64,000 bases of DNA from the NCBI GenBank assembly GCA_016748015.1, contig JAAOMT010000258.1, positions 436,173 through 500,172 on the forward strand, given 5' to 3'. The notes beneath the pieces were generated by a model. It did not search any database and was not told where the DNA came from. It worked only from the letters and a program-made list of their open reading frames with translations. The stretch comes from Geosiphon pyriformis uo1. Its lineage: Eukaryota; Fungi; Glomeromycota. Below are positions 29,548 to 44,042 of this stretch, one piece after another. Each line of letters starts with the position of its first letter. Positions within the stretch are counted from its first letter, which is position 1. The position numbers and the translations under genes were made by a program.

Positions 29548-32500
29548 TCAGTCAACACACTTTTCCAATAACTGAGGTATTTAAACGGCATTAATTGAAT
29601 GCCATTTTGTATTATACTTCAAATTTGTAAATATTCATTCCCATTTCCTAAGATCTGTTTCTAAAATTAGTTTGTTAAAATTTCGTAATTCGTTAAGCAT
29701 TTACCAATTATGCTAAAAATGCAATTAAACATTGCAAATAATTGACTTCAAAGAACGAATTCAAATAGTCAGCTCTCTTTGAAAGCATTTCAGTTATTCT
29801 ATAGCAAAGTATCGCTGAGCATGCACATTAGTCTATGGTGTCTATTTTATTTTAGAAAATAAAAGGAATTCATGAGTAGAAAATTTGGAAATATAGAATA
29901 AAACTTGAGGTTTTTAGTTTAGACATTCCCTTCTAATCTACATATTACAATAGTAGTGTTCGAGCAAAACTATAATAAACAAAAGAGCTGTTGGAAATAT
30001 TATCTGTTGATCAGAGATTAACTAAATGAATTGTGTTACCAGAATAAACAAGTTTTTGACATATGGGTTTTTGTTTGTATCTGCACGAGAAAAACATATT
30101 CAATTGCTCATTTAGCGCTACACCAAATATTAAATTTGTCAGATCGCAGAAAACCTTACAAAAAAGACTTTAGTGAAAATTTTAAAGAAAAATTTGCCTA
30201 GGAAAAAATTTCAACAATGTTTTTTTAGCATTTATTTTCTCCAATCAGGATGATTCTCTTATATCAAACTTGGGTTAGGTCACACTTCGTCAAGCAATAA
30301 AATAATAATAATAATCAAACTTTTTTTATTTGTTTCAAATAGTAAAATATAATTAAAATAAATTTTTAGATTTTCAAGCTTTAAATTTTTGATTAAATAT
30401 TTTAAATATTAAAAGATGATTTAGGGCTTTGGAATTTTTTTGGTAATTTAAAAATGACAATAAACGTGTGAAAATTGTTGCAGCTCTTTTAAAATCTTGA
30501 ATAAAAAACAAAAATCATAAATATTACACATTAAAAATGGTAATTATTTATTAGTATATTATTAACTAAAAAATTAATATATAAAAAATTTATCGTATTG
30601 TTTTTATTTATTAAAAAATATTAAGCAAGAATGGTATTCAATTTATTATATTAGCAATTTAGTTTAAAGTAACATTTACATTTTCAAAAATTGCAATATT
30701 TTGAGAAATATTTTGATATCATAAATTTATAATTAAGATTTTTTTAAAAAAAACTTACTATTAATATTTATTAGTTTTTTAATGTAAAGAAAAAATTATA
30801 AAATGTTTTGAACTTAAAATATAAAATATTATATTATATTTCAAAGTAACTTATTTTATATTAATTAATCAAATAGTTCATCTTTAATTAAACAGAAATA
30901 AATATCCACAATGTTACTTGGAATGAAAAAATTAATAATATGATTTTTTTTTGTGTTTTGGAATATTTATGTTTTTTAGTTGAAGAATTATTTTAAAATT
31001 TTAAAAATAGTTATTTCTTTGGTCTAGAGCAAAAAAAAAATTGACAAAAAATTGTTTAGAATTAAATATAAAGTATTGTATCCCAATGTTACCAATATTT
31101 TTTATAAAATTATTAATTATGTCGTTTCATAAAATTTGAATATAAAAAGTTTGAAAATTTTCCAAATTTTAAAATTTTATTAGTAATCTAATATTTAATA
31201 GCATGTATATGATTGATTGTTTTATTCTTAAATAAATTTTCGAAATTTTTAAAATACTTTTGTATTATAGTAATTTCTGGCTTTATGAATTAGATTTTGC
31301 AAAACTTGAAAGGGTTTTCAAGTTTTATTTTATGAAAATTGAAATTTTAAAATAATTAATTTGGTAATAAAAATTTTGCTTGAGATTTTTGTTTGTAAAA
31401 AATACTTGGTATTGAAAATAATTTAAAAATACTAGAGAAACTTTGAACTAAATTCACGTTTTTGAAAGAAAAATATTGAAAGGCTGCTACTACTATAATG
31501 TGAAAATTTTTCTATTAAATGAGGGTGCTTAAAAAATTGCATTATAAAGTTTTGATAAAAGTTCTTAAAAATAATGATATCAATAAATTTTATTTTTAAA
31601 TCTGGTTTAATTTTTTAAATTGCTTAAATATTTTAATGGCAAATTGTGACTTGTTTTCTAAGAATTAAAGAAACTAAAGTAATTCTTTTTGAAAATTTAT
31701 CATCTAATTGATTAGATTAAAAGTAGTTTTATAACTTATATTTTCACTTTTTTTATGAAAGCTTAAAAAGATCTTAGTAGTTTTTTACAATTTTAAATTT
31801 GTATTGTGAAATTTAGTGAATTTGGTTTTATAAATAGATTGATAAAATAATAATAATTTTTTTTAAAAAAAAAGTATAGTAGAATTTCTTAATCACATAT
31901 TTTTAAATGAATATTTAATTGTTTAAATAAGATTATTAAAAATGCGGTTTGGCTATTTTTACTAATTTTAAAGGTTTTATCATCAATAAAGCATATATCT
32001 TAAATTTTTATACAGTAAAAAACATTTTTTAATTGAGTTTAAAAATTGAATAAAAAAAATGGTTGAATAGTGTATCGCATTATAGAGAGTAAAAAAAACT
32101 GTCTTAGAATTCAGTTCCTCATTTGGGCCACAACTTCATTCCATTTTACCTGTTTAGCTTTATCGCGGCTACAAATTTTATTTTAATTAAATGTGTTTAA
32201 ATTATTTTTTTAAATTATTGAGTCTTCCAATCAGAAAAAAACTGTAACAATAAAAAATTTCAAATATATCAAAGCTCTTTAAAAAAAATTTTTTTATTGT
32301 ATAAATTTTAGAAACTTGATAAAAAATATTTGATGATTTTGAATATTTTGCAAATTTTGGTGAAAAATTTTTTTTTTTATATCATTCTTATTTATTATAA
32401 AAACAAAAATTTATTAAGTATTTGATTCCAAATTATTTTATCTTTAAAAGCTTCGGAATAAAAATCTTATACACTTTGTTTTTTAAACCAATTTCAAGTT

Positions 32501-35500
32501 TGATTTTTGATTTTTTAAATTTCAAATTTAAATTAAAAAAAAAATATATGTGTCAAAATATTTAATTCTTATTTACAGAAAAAGGAATCCTTATTTGTAA
32601 AATTTCAAATTTTGTGATATTTTAACTTTTTATTAATAGGTATCCAATAATACTTTGGATGGTTTAACAATGTACAAATAAAACTTTTCAAATAAACTGA
32701 AAGTATTTTATTGAATATTTCAAGTCAATTTTATCATTTAAAATGAAAAAAAAAATTTGTTTTGAAAAAAATGATATGAATAATATTTTGGAAGCTGTCT
32801 GGCCAAATTTTAAAAGCAAGACTAGATTTCTTAATATTCTTTGAAATAGTGCTTATTATCATAGCCATTATAAAAATTGAAATTTATCAAAAACACAAAA
32901 ATCTTGAGGTTATTGGAAAAAGCAATGTCAAAACCAAAAATAAAAATTGACATTTGACATTTAAGGGTAAAAAAGGTTTATTTTCTTATCCACAAAATTT
33001 AATGTTGCCATTAAAAATCTAACTTGAAAGATTTGTAAAGGAAATGCAAAGTTGATGAGTCCATAAACAATATGCCAAAACTATTGATGAAATATTATTT
33101 TGTTCCAATTCTTTCCGAAACTTTGTACCAATCTTAATAAAGTTTTGTTTGTTTGGAAATTTAAAAGAGTAAAAAGAAATTGAGAATAAATATTTTTTTA
33201 AGCTATTTTCTAAATTTTATTCTTATAAAACTGTTAAAAAGATATTTAAGCAAAGATGTTTTTCTCTTTTCAAGTTCCCTTTTTTTAAGCATTGAAATAT
33301 GCCATCTAGTCGACCTAAAAAGAAAGAAACGTATTTCTATCAGTATTTTCATCACTTATAAAATGAAATTTAAATATCATGAATTTTTACATGCATTTTC
33401 CTTTTTCAAAAAAAGTTACTTTTTGTTATTGTTGCTGAATTGAATCTTTGAATAAATTGTTATTTTTTCAATAAATTCATTTTTAATATTTTGAATCATT
33501 ACCAAAAGGATACACATTTATGATATTTATTGTTTGTAAAATGTTAAATTAATAATTGACTCTGCATTAGAGAATTTCAAACAAGAGTTTCGCACGTAAT
33601 AACGTTTACATTTTCTTAATAGTATAAAAGCTGAAAAAATACTATTTTAATTCATGCTCCACATAACCCAGGCCTGCTTATAAACTAGCTTGAGCTTTCT
33701 ATCAAAGCGATTTTTGAGTGGCTTAAAGCTTATCAAGCTAGCTCAAATAAGATCGAGCTGATATTGCAGTTCCCTTGTAAAGCTCAATTAATTTTATTTA
33801 TTATTAAATTCTATCCTATGTTTGAAAAGTGTTACACACAAAATTTCTAACTTTGATATCGAGAACATCATTAACAATTTCTTTACCAAGTAAAAATAGT
33901 CTTCCGCTTATTCGTATTATATCTTGAAATTAATCAAGCTATTTTGAGTTAAGCCAAGCTAACAGTTATTAATCTTGACTCGACTCAAGGCAACACTTTT
34001 TATTATCATGGCTTGGCTCAAGCCAAATTAATTAGCATTGAAAAAAAGTAAAAAATAGGAAAAACTGGTTCAAATTTGACATTTTTTTTACATCTTTCAA
34101 AAACTTATAAGTAATATATACAATCATATTTATTTACACAAAAATCTTTAATATTAAATAACTAAGAATTTGGAAATATATATATATATATATATACCAA
34201 AATTAATAGCTTTTTTAAATCAAAAACTTTTCCAGAATAATTTACTTGATTTTGTTTTCTATATCATTTCAATTTTATTGAGTTCTTAAAGCAACTTTAT
34301 TTATATTTATTAAAAAGAAAAATTCAAAAATATTTTTTAAAAACATAAAAATATGAAAAACAAATAAAATTATTCAAAATTAAAATAAAACATATCTTTC
34401 TTCTTTAGAACAGTTGACTTTGAAGTAGTTGATTTTAAAATCTTCTTAAATAAAGTAAAGTTATACTCTATTTTAATATTATATTGATGCACACATTAAA
34501 TTGAAATAATTAAATATCTTAATATGATTATATTTAAGAACTGGTCATCTTTCATTATATATCAGGATTAAATTACTTATTGGAAGGCTATACTCGAAAA
34601 AGATTCTTGTGAATGACGAGTAGCTTAAAAGACTTGCAATTTTGCAATTATAACTTTGTCATGATAAAAGATGTTTGCGACCATTTTTTCGAATCATGGC
34701 CATATTTCAAATTTGAGATCCAACTACCCATATATCCCTTTTCTTATAGGTTATGAGAAGTTTCATAAGCAAACTAGAATCTTCCTAAATATTTTTATTC
34801 TAATAGATAAGGAGTGGATTTTCTTTTTTAACTGTTAAAAAGGTTCAAATTTGTGTAGGTTTGGGTGAAATTTAGTGATAGTATTTATTACAACAGAATT
34901 TGAAATAGAGATTAGTTTGAGTAACATCATTAATACAATTTGACGTTGATACCTTATTTTTTTTTTAGATTAGAGTTGTAACTCCCAAAAATATAATTTT
35001 AACTTTTTTGACTGCAACTTCCTTGCTAATCCACGATATTCATGTCAAAATTTTTGCTTTCAAAAAAAAATTTTAAAGATAATGCAGGAACTAGGAGAAT
35101 AGTCAATCGAGTTTGTACGCTTCCAATTTCGATTGGCAATACGTCTTCCGATAAGGAATGCAAAATAAAAAAAGGAAAATCTTTGATAATGATCAGTACC
35201 CTCAGATAATCCTTTTGGGGAAGTAAATGAAGAACAACTTCAATTGCTACCTTTAAATGATCTCAAATGGAATTCTATTTGTTTGGTGATCATCGCGATT
35301 TGCCAATATCTCATCTGAAACCTTCGGGACTCTATTCGTTTTACAAGAATACCGTTTAAAAATGGAGTATTCTCGAATTTGATCGTTCAAACATAAATTT
35401 CCAAGAAAAGAATATTCTTAAAACTCAAAAAATTCATAAAATTTCAAGTTAGAAAATAAGAATTATCAATTTGTAATTTGTAATAGCTTTCCAAAACATT

Positions 35501-37206
35501 TAAATTTGTACAAATGCTTGGACGACATTCTTCTTTCCCTTTTAATATGAACAAGATTCCTAATTTCTCCAGATATATTGTGAAAAAAAAAATTGTTCAA
35601 GAAATTTTCAAACTTGGAACAATAATCCAGCATTGGGATATAAATGTATTGAATATTTTTGATCTTTTATGTATTTAAATGAACCCTGAAATTAGCGTTA
35701 CAAGGAACCATTTTATCTTTACTCAACAATTTTGCCTCATCTAAAATAATTTATTCAGAAAAATAATTTTTCATTTTAATCTAACACATCAGAGAGCATT
35801 TTGATTCCGATGTTTAAAAATGAATTTCTAAGAATAATTTATTAAAATAAGTATTTCAATAAATAAGAGTTCTCAAAACGTGGGGTTTCTTTAAACCTGT
35901 AATTCCAGTCTCCTTTACCTGTTCAAGAAATTTTTATCTTGGGTTTTTGATTTTAAGAAAAAAAATTAGATAAACCACTAATATTTCCTTCAGGAACATT
36001 GTTTAGTAATGATCTCCTTGAAATGCTCCGCTGCTAGTAAACTTCAGATCCCTTTTCCGAGTTCGCTCCATAAAAAGTTAACATTATCAAAAATTGGGGG
36101 GGGGGGGGTATACATGTATTATGTTTGATGTTTCAAATGAAACTCCTCATCTATTTTTTCAACCAGTAAAAATTTGAAAGTCTCCCACTAGCTAATCCAC
36201 ATCGAGAAATATAATAATTAAATTTGCCCTTCGACATTGGTACGATAACTTCTTTTGATCCTGAATATGGGATCAATTTTATTTTAAGGTTTTTTTTTAT
36301 CAGAAAAATATTTACTTTATGACACAATGAATCAAATATGGTTAATAAAATAAATATTTGGAAAACAAATTATCGAAAAACAAGTTCCAAGTTCGCACAT
36401 GCATTCGATCAATATCTTGATAATTCGACAGTTTTTCATTTCGTTTTTTTTTTCAGTGTTAACTCATTTCACTTTCAAACTTTCTATTTGGTAAAATAAT
36501 AGTTGGCTGCTGTAAAAAGTTAAAAGTTTGACAAGCTTTCACGTTTCCAAATCATTTTATGAATAATTATTTTTTCTTGTGATAATTTATCCATGAAAAT
36601 TTGAACCTCATGAGAAACTAACTAAATAATTTTCCATACAATCTTTCGAGATTTCTGAGCCGGAATATTCTTTATAAAAATTTCGATATTTCTTGTCCTT
36701 GAACTCATTTCTGTTTGGAATTCTGTATGAACCCCCTTTTTTGAATTTTTTTAAATGTTTTCAAAAGACGAGAAAATAAAAATAAAATTTTAATCAATTA
36801 GTTCTTCAGTCTTTTTGTAATCAGAAATTTAAATATTGTCATGTTTTGAAAGAGAAAATTTTTTTCATAATTGAGTTTATTCAATACTTTGGATCTCTTT
36901 GACACACTTTTCTGTATCTTTATAGCTTTCATGACAAAGTCATTTCTACCTGAGAAATCTTTCTGACTCGATTAGGTGAATCAGTTAATTCATTCAAAAG
37001 CCTCATTAGGAATATTTCAATTTTCTTTTGATTTAATTTAAATCAAATTTCATGGAATCAATTATAATCTCATTTTTCATTTAAGTGATCGAAAGAAAGA
37101 TTAAATTAAAAAAAAATTCATATTAAATTGTCTGATCCCAATATTTACATTTTTATATATCTACAGAGATCACAATTTATTTACAAAATAAATTGCGAGC
37201 TTTTAG

Positions 37207-38163
37207 CTATACAGTAATTTTCTGACACTTTGCTTTACAGCACACAAACCAACTAGCTCTAACCCCTTGACATTGAGAGAATATAAGTTCACGCATTTCA
37301 GGGAACAGGCCAAAATAATCTGGTGCCACAGTTCTAGGAAACACGCTATTAGTGAATAAAATTGTTTGAAGAGAGTTTGAATGTTTTCTTAATGCCATCA
37401 AAATTTTCGTCATCTCTTCTCCACCAGAGCATTCGACCCAAAAATCCCTCAAATCTCTCTGGGATTTTATGAGCGTTATTAAAGAGTCGATATTTACAGC
37501 CGTCCTACCGGCTATTAATTGGGGCTTCGTTTTAAAAAGTAGAGAAATGGACTTAATGTTCATCCTTCTTTTCAGAATTATTTGAATTATGTCGTCCAGT
37601 GTATTACCAAAAATTGCAGCATTTTTCGTCAAAAGAGTCTCGAAACCAAGCCTCTGAATGTTATTTGACCTCGTCAGAAACATTTTCAAAAATATTTTAA
37701 ATGTCTGTATTTCTTCTCGGCCGGTAGATACACCTCGCCTGTGGGATTTTTCAAAGGACCACTGAATAAAATTAAACAGAGAAGTATCATTCAACGTTTC
37801 TAAATATCGTTCATAATGAAATGTGGGCCGACGTTGAAATGGGTTCGTTGAATTTCGCAAGATAGGGTGTTCTTGAAAAGGTTTTAAAAGTTTATACACG
37901 GCTAATTTTTCTTGAGAATCTAAGCAAGCTGTATAGGTTCTTAATAGATTTTCTTTTCGATGGGCAGCGGATATTGTTGGTCGATTTGTCATTTCAGAAT
38001 TGTTGGCGATTAATGCTAATGGATTTCGCCATAAGATTGGAGTTGCAGTTCGACACCAAAGTCTGTTTACCATTAAACAGTTGTACAAGGAAGCTCGGTC
38101 ATTCGCCAAAGGTTCTAGAAAATGAGATAACAAGTCGGCAGGAAGTGATTTGAAAAAAGTCAT
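37207..38163 (-). CDS. F-box-like protein with probable LRR-like C-terminus (intronless)
   Basis: N-terminal LPADLLSHFLEPLANDRASLYNCLMVNRLWCRTATPILWRNP fits the Glomeromycotina F-box pattern. The first ATG is at 38163 (the track's start is upstream of it). Confidence 0.88.
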   Translation of the reverse strand: MTFFKSLPADLLSHFLEPLANDRASLYNCLMVNRLWCRTATPILWRNPLALIANNSEMTNRPTISAAHRKENLLRTYTACLDSQEKLAVYKLLKPFQEHPILRNSTNPFQRRPTFHYERYLETLNDTSLFNFIQWSFEKSHRRGVSTGREEIQTFKIFLKMFLTRSNNIQRLGFETLLTKNAAIFGNTLDDIIQIILKRRMNIKSISLLFKTKPQLIAGRTAVNIDSLITLIKSQRDLRDFWVECSGGEEMTKILMALRKHSNSLQTILFTNSVFPRTVAPDYFGLFPEMRELIFSQCQGVRASWFVCCKAKCQKITV

Positions 38164-38519
38164 AGAGATTTTGTCGGTTGATATGTTCAAAATTTCGACA
38201 GGAAACCAAAAAAGATAAAAAGTGAATAGTCAAGTGTTTAGTAAATTGTAACGAACCTCGATGTTTGATCTTACCCACTTTAATCCTGTGAGATCCAATA
38301 GCAGCTGATATTGACCTCAATTTAAATATCGTAGATCTCTTCGGCTCGACCGTTATTGAGTGGATAATGCGAGGCGCGCTATTATTTGTTTTTTTTTTTC
38401 GATGGCGAGAGCCCTATCTAGTATATTTTTAGATAGTCGAACAGATAAACGACCCCTTTTTTTGGAAAATATATTAGCGATTAATGTGGTGCAATCAATC
38501 ATTTTTAATCAACATGCTG

Positions 38520-38568
38520 ATGGATGGATGGATGGATGGATGAATGAATGAATGAATGAATGAATGAA
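38520..38568. repeat. Compound (TGGA)n(TGAA)n tetranucleotide repeat
   Basis: Direct reading. Confidence 0.9.
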
Positions 38569-39637
38569 TATCGTTGCTGTAAGAACCGCCGAAACTCATG
38601 TGTCGTACAATAGTCAAACACAGAGCCTAATTCCCGACGACAAGCTTTTTGTTTTCCTTTTGTCGTGTCTGGATAATGTTTCTTGAAATTACACATGTTG
38701 TTTGAAAATTCTGGATTTAGCAATTCTGATGTTATGCGGAACAATAGGAAACTGATTTGGCCAAAAAGTTCTGAGAATGGATGATGATGATCAATTGAAG
38801 AAGAAGAAGAAGAAGAAAGTATACGGGATTGAATCTATGCTTTGTGTAACTTTTCCTTTTTATCGGTACAAAGGAAATTAAAAATTGGTCATGGCGCTAT
38901 ATGGTTACGCAGAAGGTTTGAACTATTTTGGGGCGATGTTTTTTAGTTTTTGCACAAAGGGAAATGATGAACCATTGTTAAATTTTTTTATGCTGGCGCA
39001 TAAACTGGAGCATATTGTCATCATTCTTTGGATAAGTATATAATGGAGACTATTGTCGCTGAAATGTCAGTCTTTTTGATTTTCAAAAGTATATTGTTGC
39101 GGAGAAAAAGTTTTTTCTTTGATATCAACAATCAGAAAAATTTTTTAGATTTGAATTGAGAACTTGCATAAATAAAATTCAATCATTATAACCATCTGGA
39201 AAAAAACTCGGACAAGTAAAAATATTGTTTCAAAGATTCGATTATCACAGAAAATCAATAGATTTATATATATTATTTTTTTTGTTGCATTTCTCAATGG
39301 GGTATTTTTAAGGAATAATTAATTCTTCAACAATTGATTGATGCATTTGAAAGCAATTTTTGCATCGATTTGATATATTTAGAATAAGGTAAATTTTTTG
39401 CCTTTGTTCAAATTTTAATCACCTTGAACATTTTTTAATTTCAGAATAATAATCGTCTCATGTTCAATCTTTGGGCTCTGAAAAAAAGATTTCGAAATCT
39501 ATGAATTCTTAAGGTTTCAGGTAAAAGTGAAATTATCCCTTGTTTTGAAATATTTGTAAAATTTGATTTGGTTGTAACAACAAAAAATCAAGCTTGGTGA
39601 AAATTTGAAACAAGAGGTTCTTATTTTTTTGTTTGAC

Positions 39638-39668
<31 letters not shown>

Positions 39669-40512
39669 CAAAACACACATTTTTTTTTGGAAATTTTCAT
39701 GGTGTTTATTTCAAAATTTTTAATAAGACAAAATTTAAAAAAATATCAAATCCATTAAATCCATTTTTTTCTATGGGAAATTGTTAAATTTCAAAAAAAA
39801 GGTGAAAGAAATCTCTAAATTCTCTATTTTTGAGATATAGGCAGCAGAAAAAGTTTTTTTTTTTAAAAAAAAGATTTGATATTTAAATTTTTTTTAAATA
39901 ATCAAAAAATAAAAACTCCTGGTATTTATTATATTGTTCAAGTCATCTTTTAAATAATATTTTTACCTTTTTTCTATATTAGAGTTTTAAATTTTTTTGC
40001 TTTTGCTTTTTCACCAATCATAACAAAGATTTATGTATATCTTTTATGTGAAATGTTTTTTATTAATTTATTCTGAAATTTTTCCAAAAGAGGAATTGAG
40101 ATTACATTGAAGTATATTTTTTTAAACTGACTTGAAAACAGTCTTTTAATCTCCCATATTTTTACTTTACTATCACAAAATTTTAGTGAACTAATGAAAT
40201 GAATTAATTTTCTATTAAGTTGTTAATTCATTTTTGATGATTTCATTTTCCAGTATGACTAGATGGGTGAAAATTAAAATTACGATTTATTCAAGAATTC
40301 TATATTTAATTGTGATAAAAGTTTGTCACATTTCTAAAAAGTCATTCTCTCTTTAGGATTATTTACCTTTCACTATTTTTTAATTCAAATAACTTTTATG
40401 TTGTAACCCCTCTTTTATGTGGAATGATTTCATTGGATTATGAGATAAAAACCGGATTTATTAAAATATATAAAAGATACTAAATTTGTATAACAACTTC
40501 CCCGGGAATTTT

Positions 40513-40555
<43 letters not shown>

Positions 40556-40695
40556 TAAAAATTATGTCACTGCTGCTTATTTAATGATCATGTTGCTCTC
40601 TTGAAATTCTATCATCCCCGCATTGTGTGAATAAATTTGTAAGACGAACTAGCGCATATCCGTTTTTGATCGACACTTTGATACAATAAGTTGAG

Positions 40696-40745
<50 letters not shown>

Positions 40746-42023
40746 CTTTGATAGAAAGTTTAAACGTACGCACGGTGAAAATAAGCACGTGGGAAAATAA
40801 TTGAAAAATTTTTATTTAAATTTTGTTTAAATTTTAAAATCGTTTACAGATAATCTTTTTTTTCAATTTCATCTTTTGAAAAAGATTGGATTTTTTGATT
40901 TTTCATAATTTTTTTTTTCAATTAATTCTTTTTGTATTTATGTTAAAATCCAATTTAATTTGATTTGATTTGATCTAATCTAATCTAATTTAATTTAATT
41001 TAATTTAATTTAATCTTAAATTTTAAAGTTTACTATTCATGATTTGTTTGGGAAACTTTTTTTTTAATTTTGAATTGAAAAAAAAAACTGAATTTTTCTA
41101 AATTTTATTAAATTAATTAATTAATTTATTTTATTTTTATATATATTAATTTTTAAAATAATAAGAATTTTAATAATAACTCATTTAAACATATATACAC
41201 AATAAAATTTTTTTTTAAAATTTAAAACGTATTTTTAACTAATAAATATATATAAAATATATATTTTATAATAAATTCTTCATCAAAAATATTTGATTTC
41301 AAAACATATTTAATTAATTTACCGAAAACATATATAGATACATATATATATATATATATATATGTTGTAATAAAAAAAAAGGTATTGATTGATTAAAAAT
41401 TTCTTTGAATTGTAAATTATTATTATTATTATTATTTTTTAATGAAAATTGTATTTTAAAATTAAATTTTAAAAAATATTATAAATAAAACATTATTTTA
41501 AATATTTAATTAAATTATTAAATATTTTTTGCTTTAAATTTATTTTTTTGACTTGATTAATGATTCGATTATTGATCCAATCATTAATTATCTATATATA
41601 TATATATATAGATAGATAAAGCCTTTCAAAATTTTAAAAAAAATATATATATATTTTCTATTGTTTTATTTTCAAGTTTTTTCTTTATTGATCAAAGTTT
41701 TTTCCTGCCAAAATAAAAAATTATATTTATTGTGTCATATTTATAAATTATTTTTTTAATTTGAGATTATATCCAAGATTAATTCCTTCGATTAAGTGAT
41801 TCATCTTTCTGTATCATATTACTTCATTATTTTTATCCAATCTGTAATCTTATTAATTTTTGTTTTGATTTAAATCAAGTTTCGACTCACTTTGAGATTA
41901 AACTTATAATTTGGAAAATTTATGTTATTTTTGAAAATATTTTTATTTTTTTGCATATAATGTAAACTCTTAATTCCTGGAATCCGCTTATCCTTTCAAA
42001 AATTAGTTCCAAAAGTCACTTTC

Positions 42024-42699
42024 TTAATCCAATTTGAAATCACCATAATTTTCACCAAACAAAAGGGAAATAACATCTTGTTGCAATTGGCTCAATTTAT
42101 CCCTTTTCACATGCCTACTAACCAACGACCCAATCTTTTGCTGTTCGACTTTAAAGACTTGAACAGAATATTTCTCGGAATCGACAAAACAAATTGAGTC
42201 CAATAATAATTCAGAAAAATATTCGTAACCGTGATCAGAGCAAGTGAGTAAATTCTGCCCGTATACAAACTGGTAAAGCCAGGCTAAGGTATCAATTTGT
42301 ACTTGTGTTCCATCAGGAAGAAGACCACGAAGTCTCCACAAATATTTTTCGGCTTTTTTGCCATCTGAAGAAGAGGATGAGGCTGAGGGTGATGAAGAAG
42401 AGGATGAGGATGAGGATGAGGATGAGGACGATGACAAACAACTTTTGGTTTCTTCGAAATTGTATTTTCTGAGCAAAGCTTGCTTTGAGGTAAGCCAATT
42501 AGATTGATCGTAATAGCAATGGATAATTTCAAAACTTCTCTCATCATCTGAAATATTCCTTATAAAGCTATCAAGATTGGTTATAAAATTGTCGTTAAAA
42601 TCTGTTAAATCTTCCCAGTTCATTGGATCGTTGTAAACTTCTGCAAAAAGTCGTTCAAGATGGGATAATTTGATGAAAATGCAATCTTTAACTATGACT

Positions 42700-42740
<41 letters not shown>

Positions 42741-43006
42741 TGAGCAATAAATCAAAGTAAAAACCCAAAATTAAGTTGATTTTTTAAATACTTACATAAC
42801 TTTTCCAAATTTGCTTTTAACTCCACAATCCTTGTTGTACGATTGCAACTTTCCAAATTCTCTGATGCTGCTGCAACTGAGTTTGTTTCAAACTTTAGAC
42901 CAAATTCATCGCAACTATTATCATCGTCATCATCATCATCTGACAACAATAGTTCAACTTGTTGAAATCGACCTGGGCCAATTTCGAAATGGCCAGGTTC
43001 TGGCAT
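42024..43006 (-). CDS. Hypothetical protein, 2 exons, with poly-Asp and poly-Ser tracts
   Basis: ATG at 43006 (MPEPGHFEIG...). The exon 1 donor T|GTAAGT at 42796 joins in frame to ORF 42024-42755 through an acceptor at ~42685-42697. Confidence 0.8.
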
Positions 43007-43404
43007 TTTCTTAATGAGGGTTAAGAAAGCAGTTAACGTAATTTTTATCAGAACTTGAGAAAGAGAGAAAATTGTCTTCTTGTTAATTAGAAGATGTGGG
43101 AAAGAGACTTGTGAAAGAATAAACAAAAACTAAAACCAATTTATACAAAATTTATTTTCTATCTTGAGCTTTATTAATGATTTTTCAATTTACGTCATAT
43201 CATAATTAGATTTTACCATGTATTTGATTGTGACATGGCACCAGTTTAAGGTCATCACAATAAAAATTTAATCTAGCTATTTTGAGTCATCATTTTTATA
43301 GATTTTTCAAAAATTTGAATACTTAAAAAAATTTCGAATTGAATCCAATTATTATAAACGGCATAACAATATTTTAGAAAGTGTTTGAAGACAACTAGTG
43401 TTTT

Positions 43405-43441
<37 letters not shown>

Positions 43442-44042
43442 CATTCAATTAAAGCCAATATTTTATTCAAATTTGATTAGATTAATGTCATTCATCATGC
43501 TTAAATTACTCTTTTATTATTTATCGAATATAAAATTGTATTTCCATAAATTCATTTGCTTATAAAAAGGCTGGATTAAAGGGCCAAGTATTGTGTTTTG
43601 GTATAATAGTAATTTTTTTATAATTTGAAATTTGAGAGGATACCACAAAGCAAGTCAGCAAGGGCTTTTCACATTTAAAAAATTCATCAAAAAAATCAAC
43701 TCGGGGAAATTATTATTTTTTTCTTCAATCGAGATCTCAATCTGTTTTTGAAAGATAATCATTCCAATATATAAATCCGCTTGAAATTTTTTATATTTAG
43801 CCAATAGTTAAATCATTTTTTAGACGATGATTTATTCAAATCATTTGACGAAACTTTTTCAAAATAATATAAAATATATTACAACAAGTTCTCAGATATA
43901 CACTCGATTTCTAGTAAATGATTGGATGTCTTTTTAGGCGTCAGAAATTTGTAAATTCTATTGCAGATTTCCGTATTACAAGTTTTTTCCTAAGTCACTT
44001 AAAAAACTCGTTTCACATTTTAATTTTGGAATTCTTTGACTG

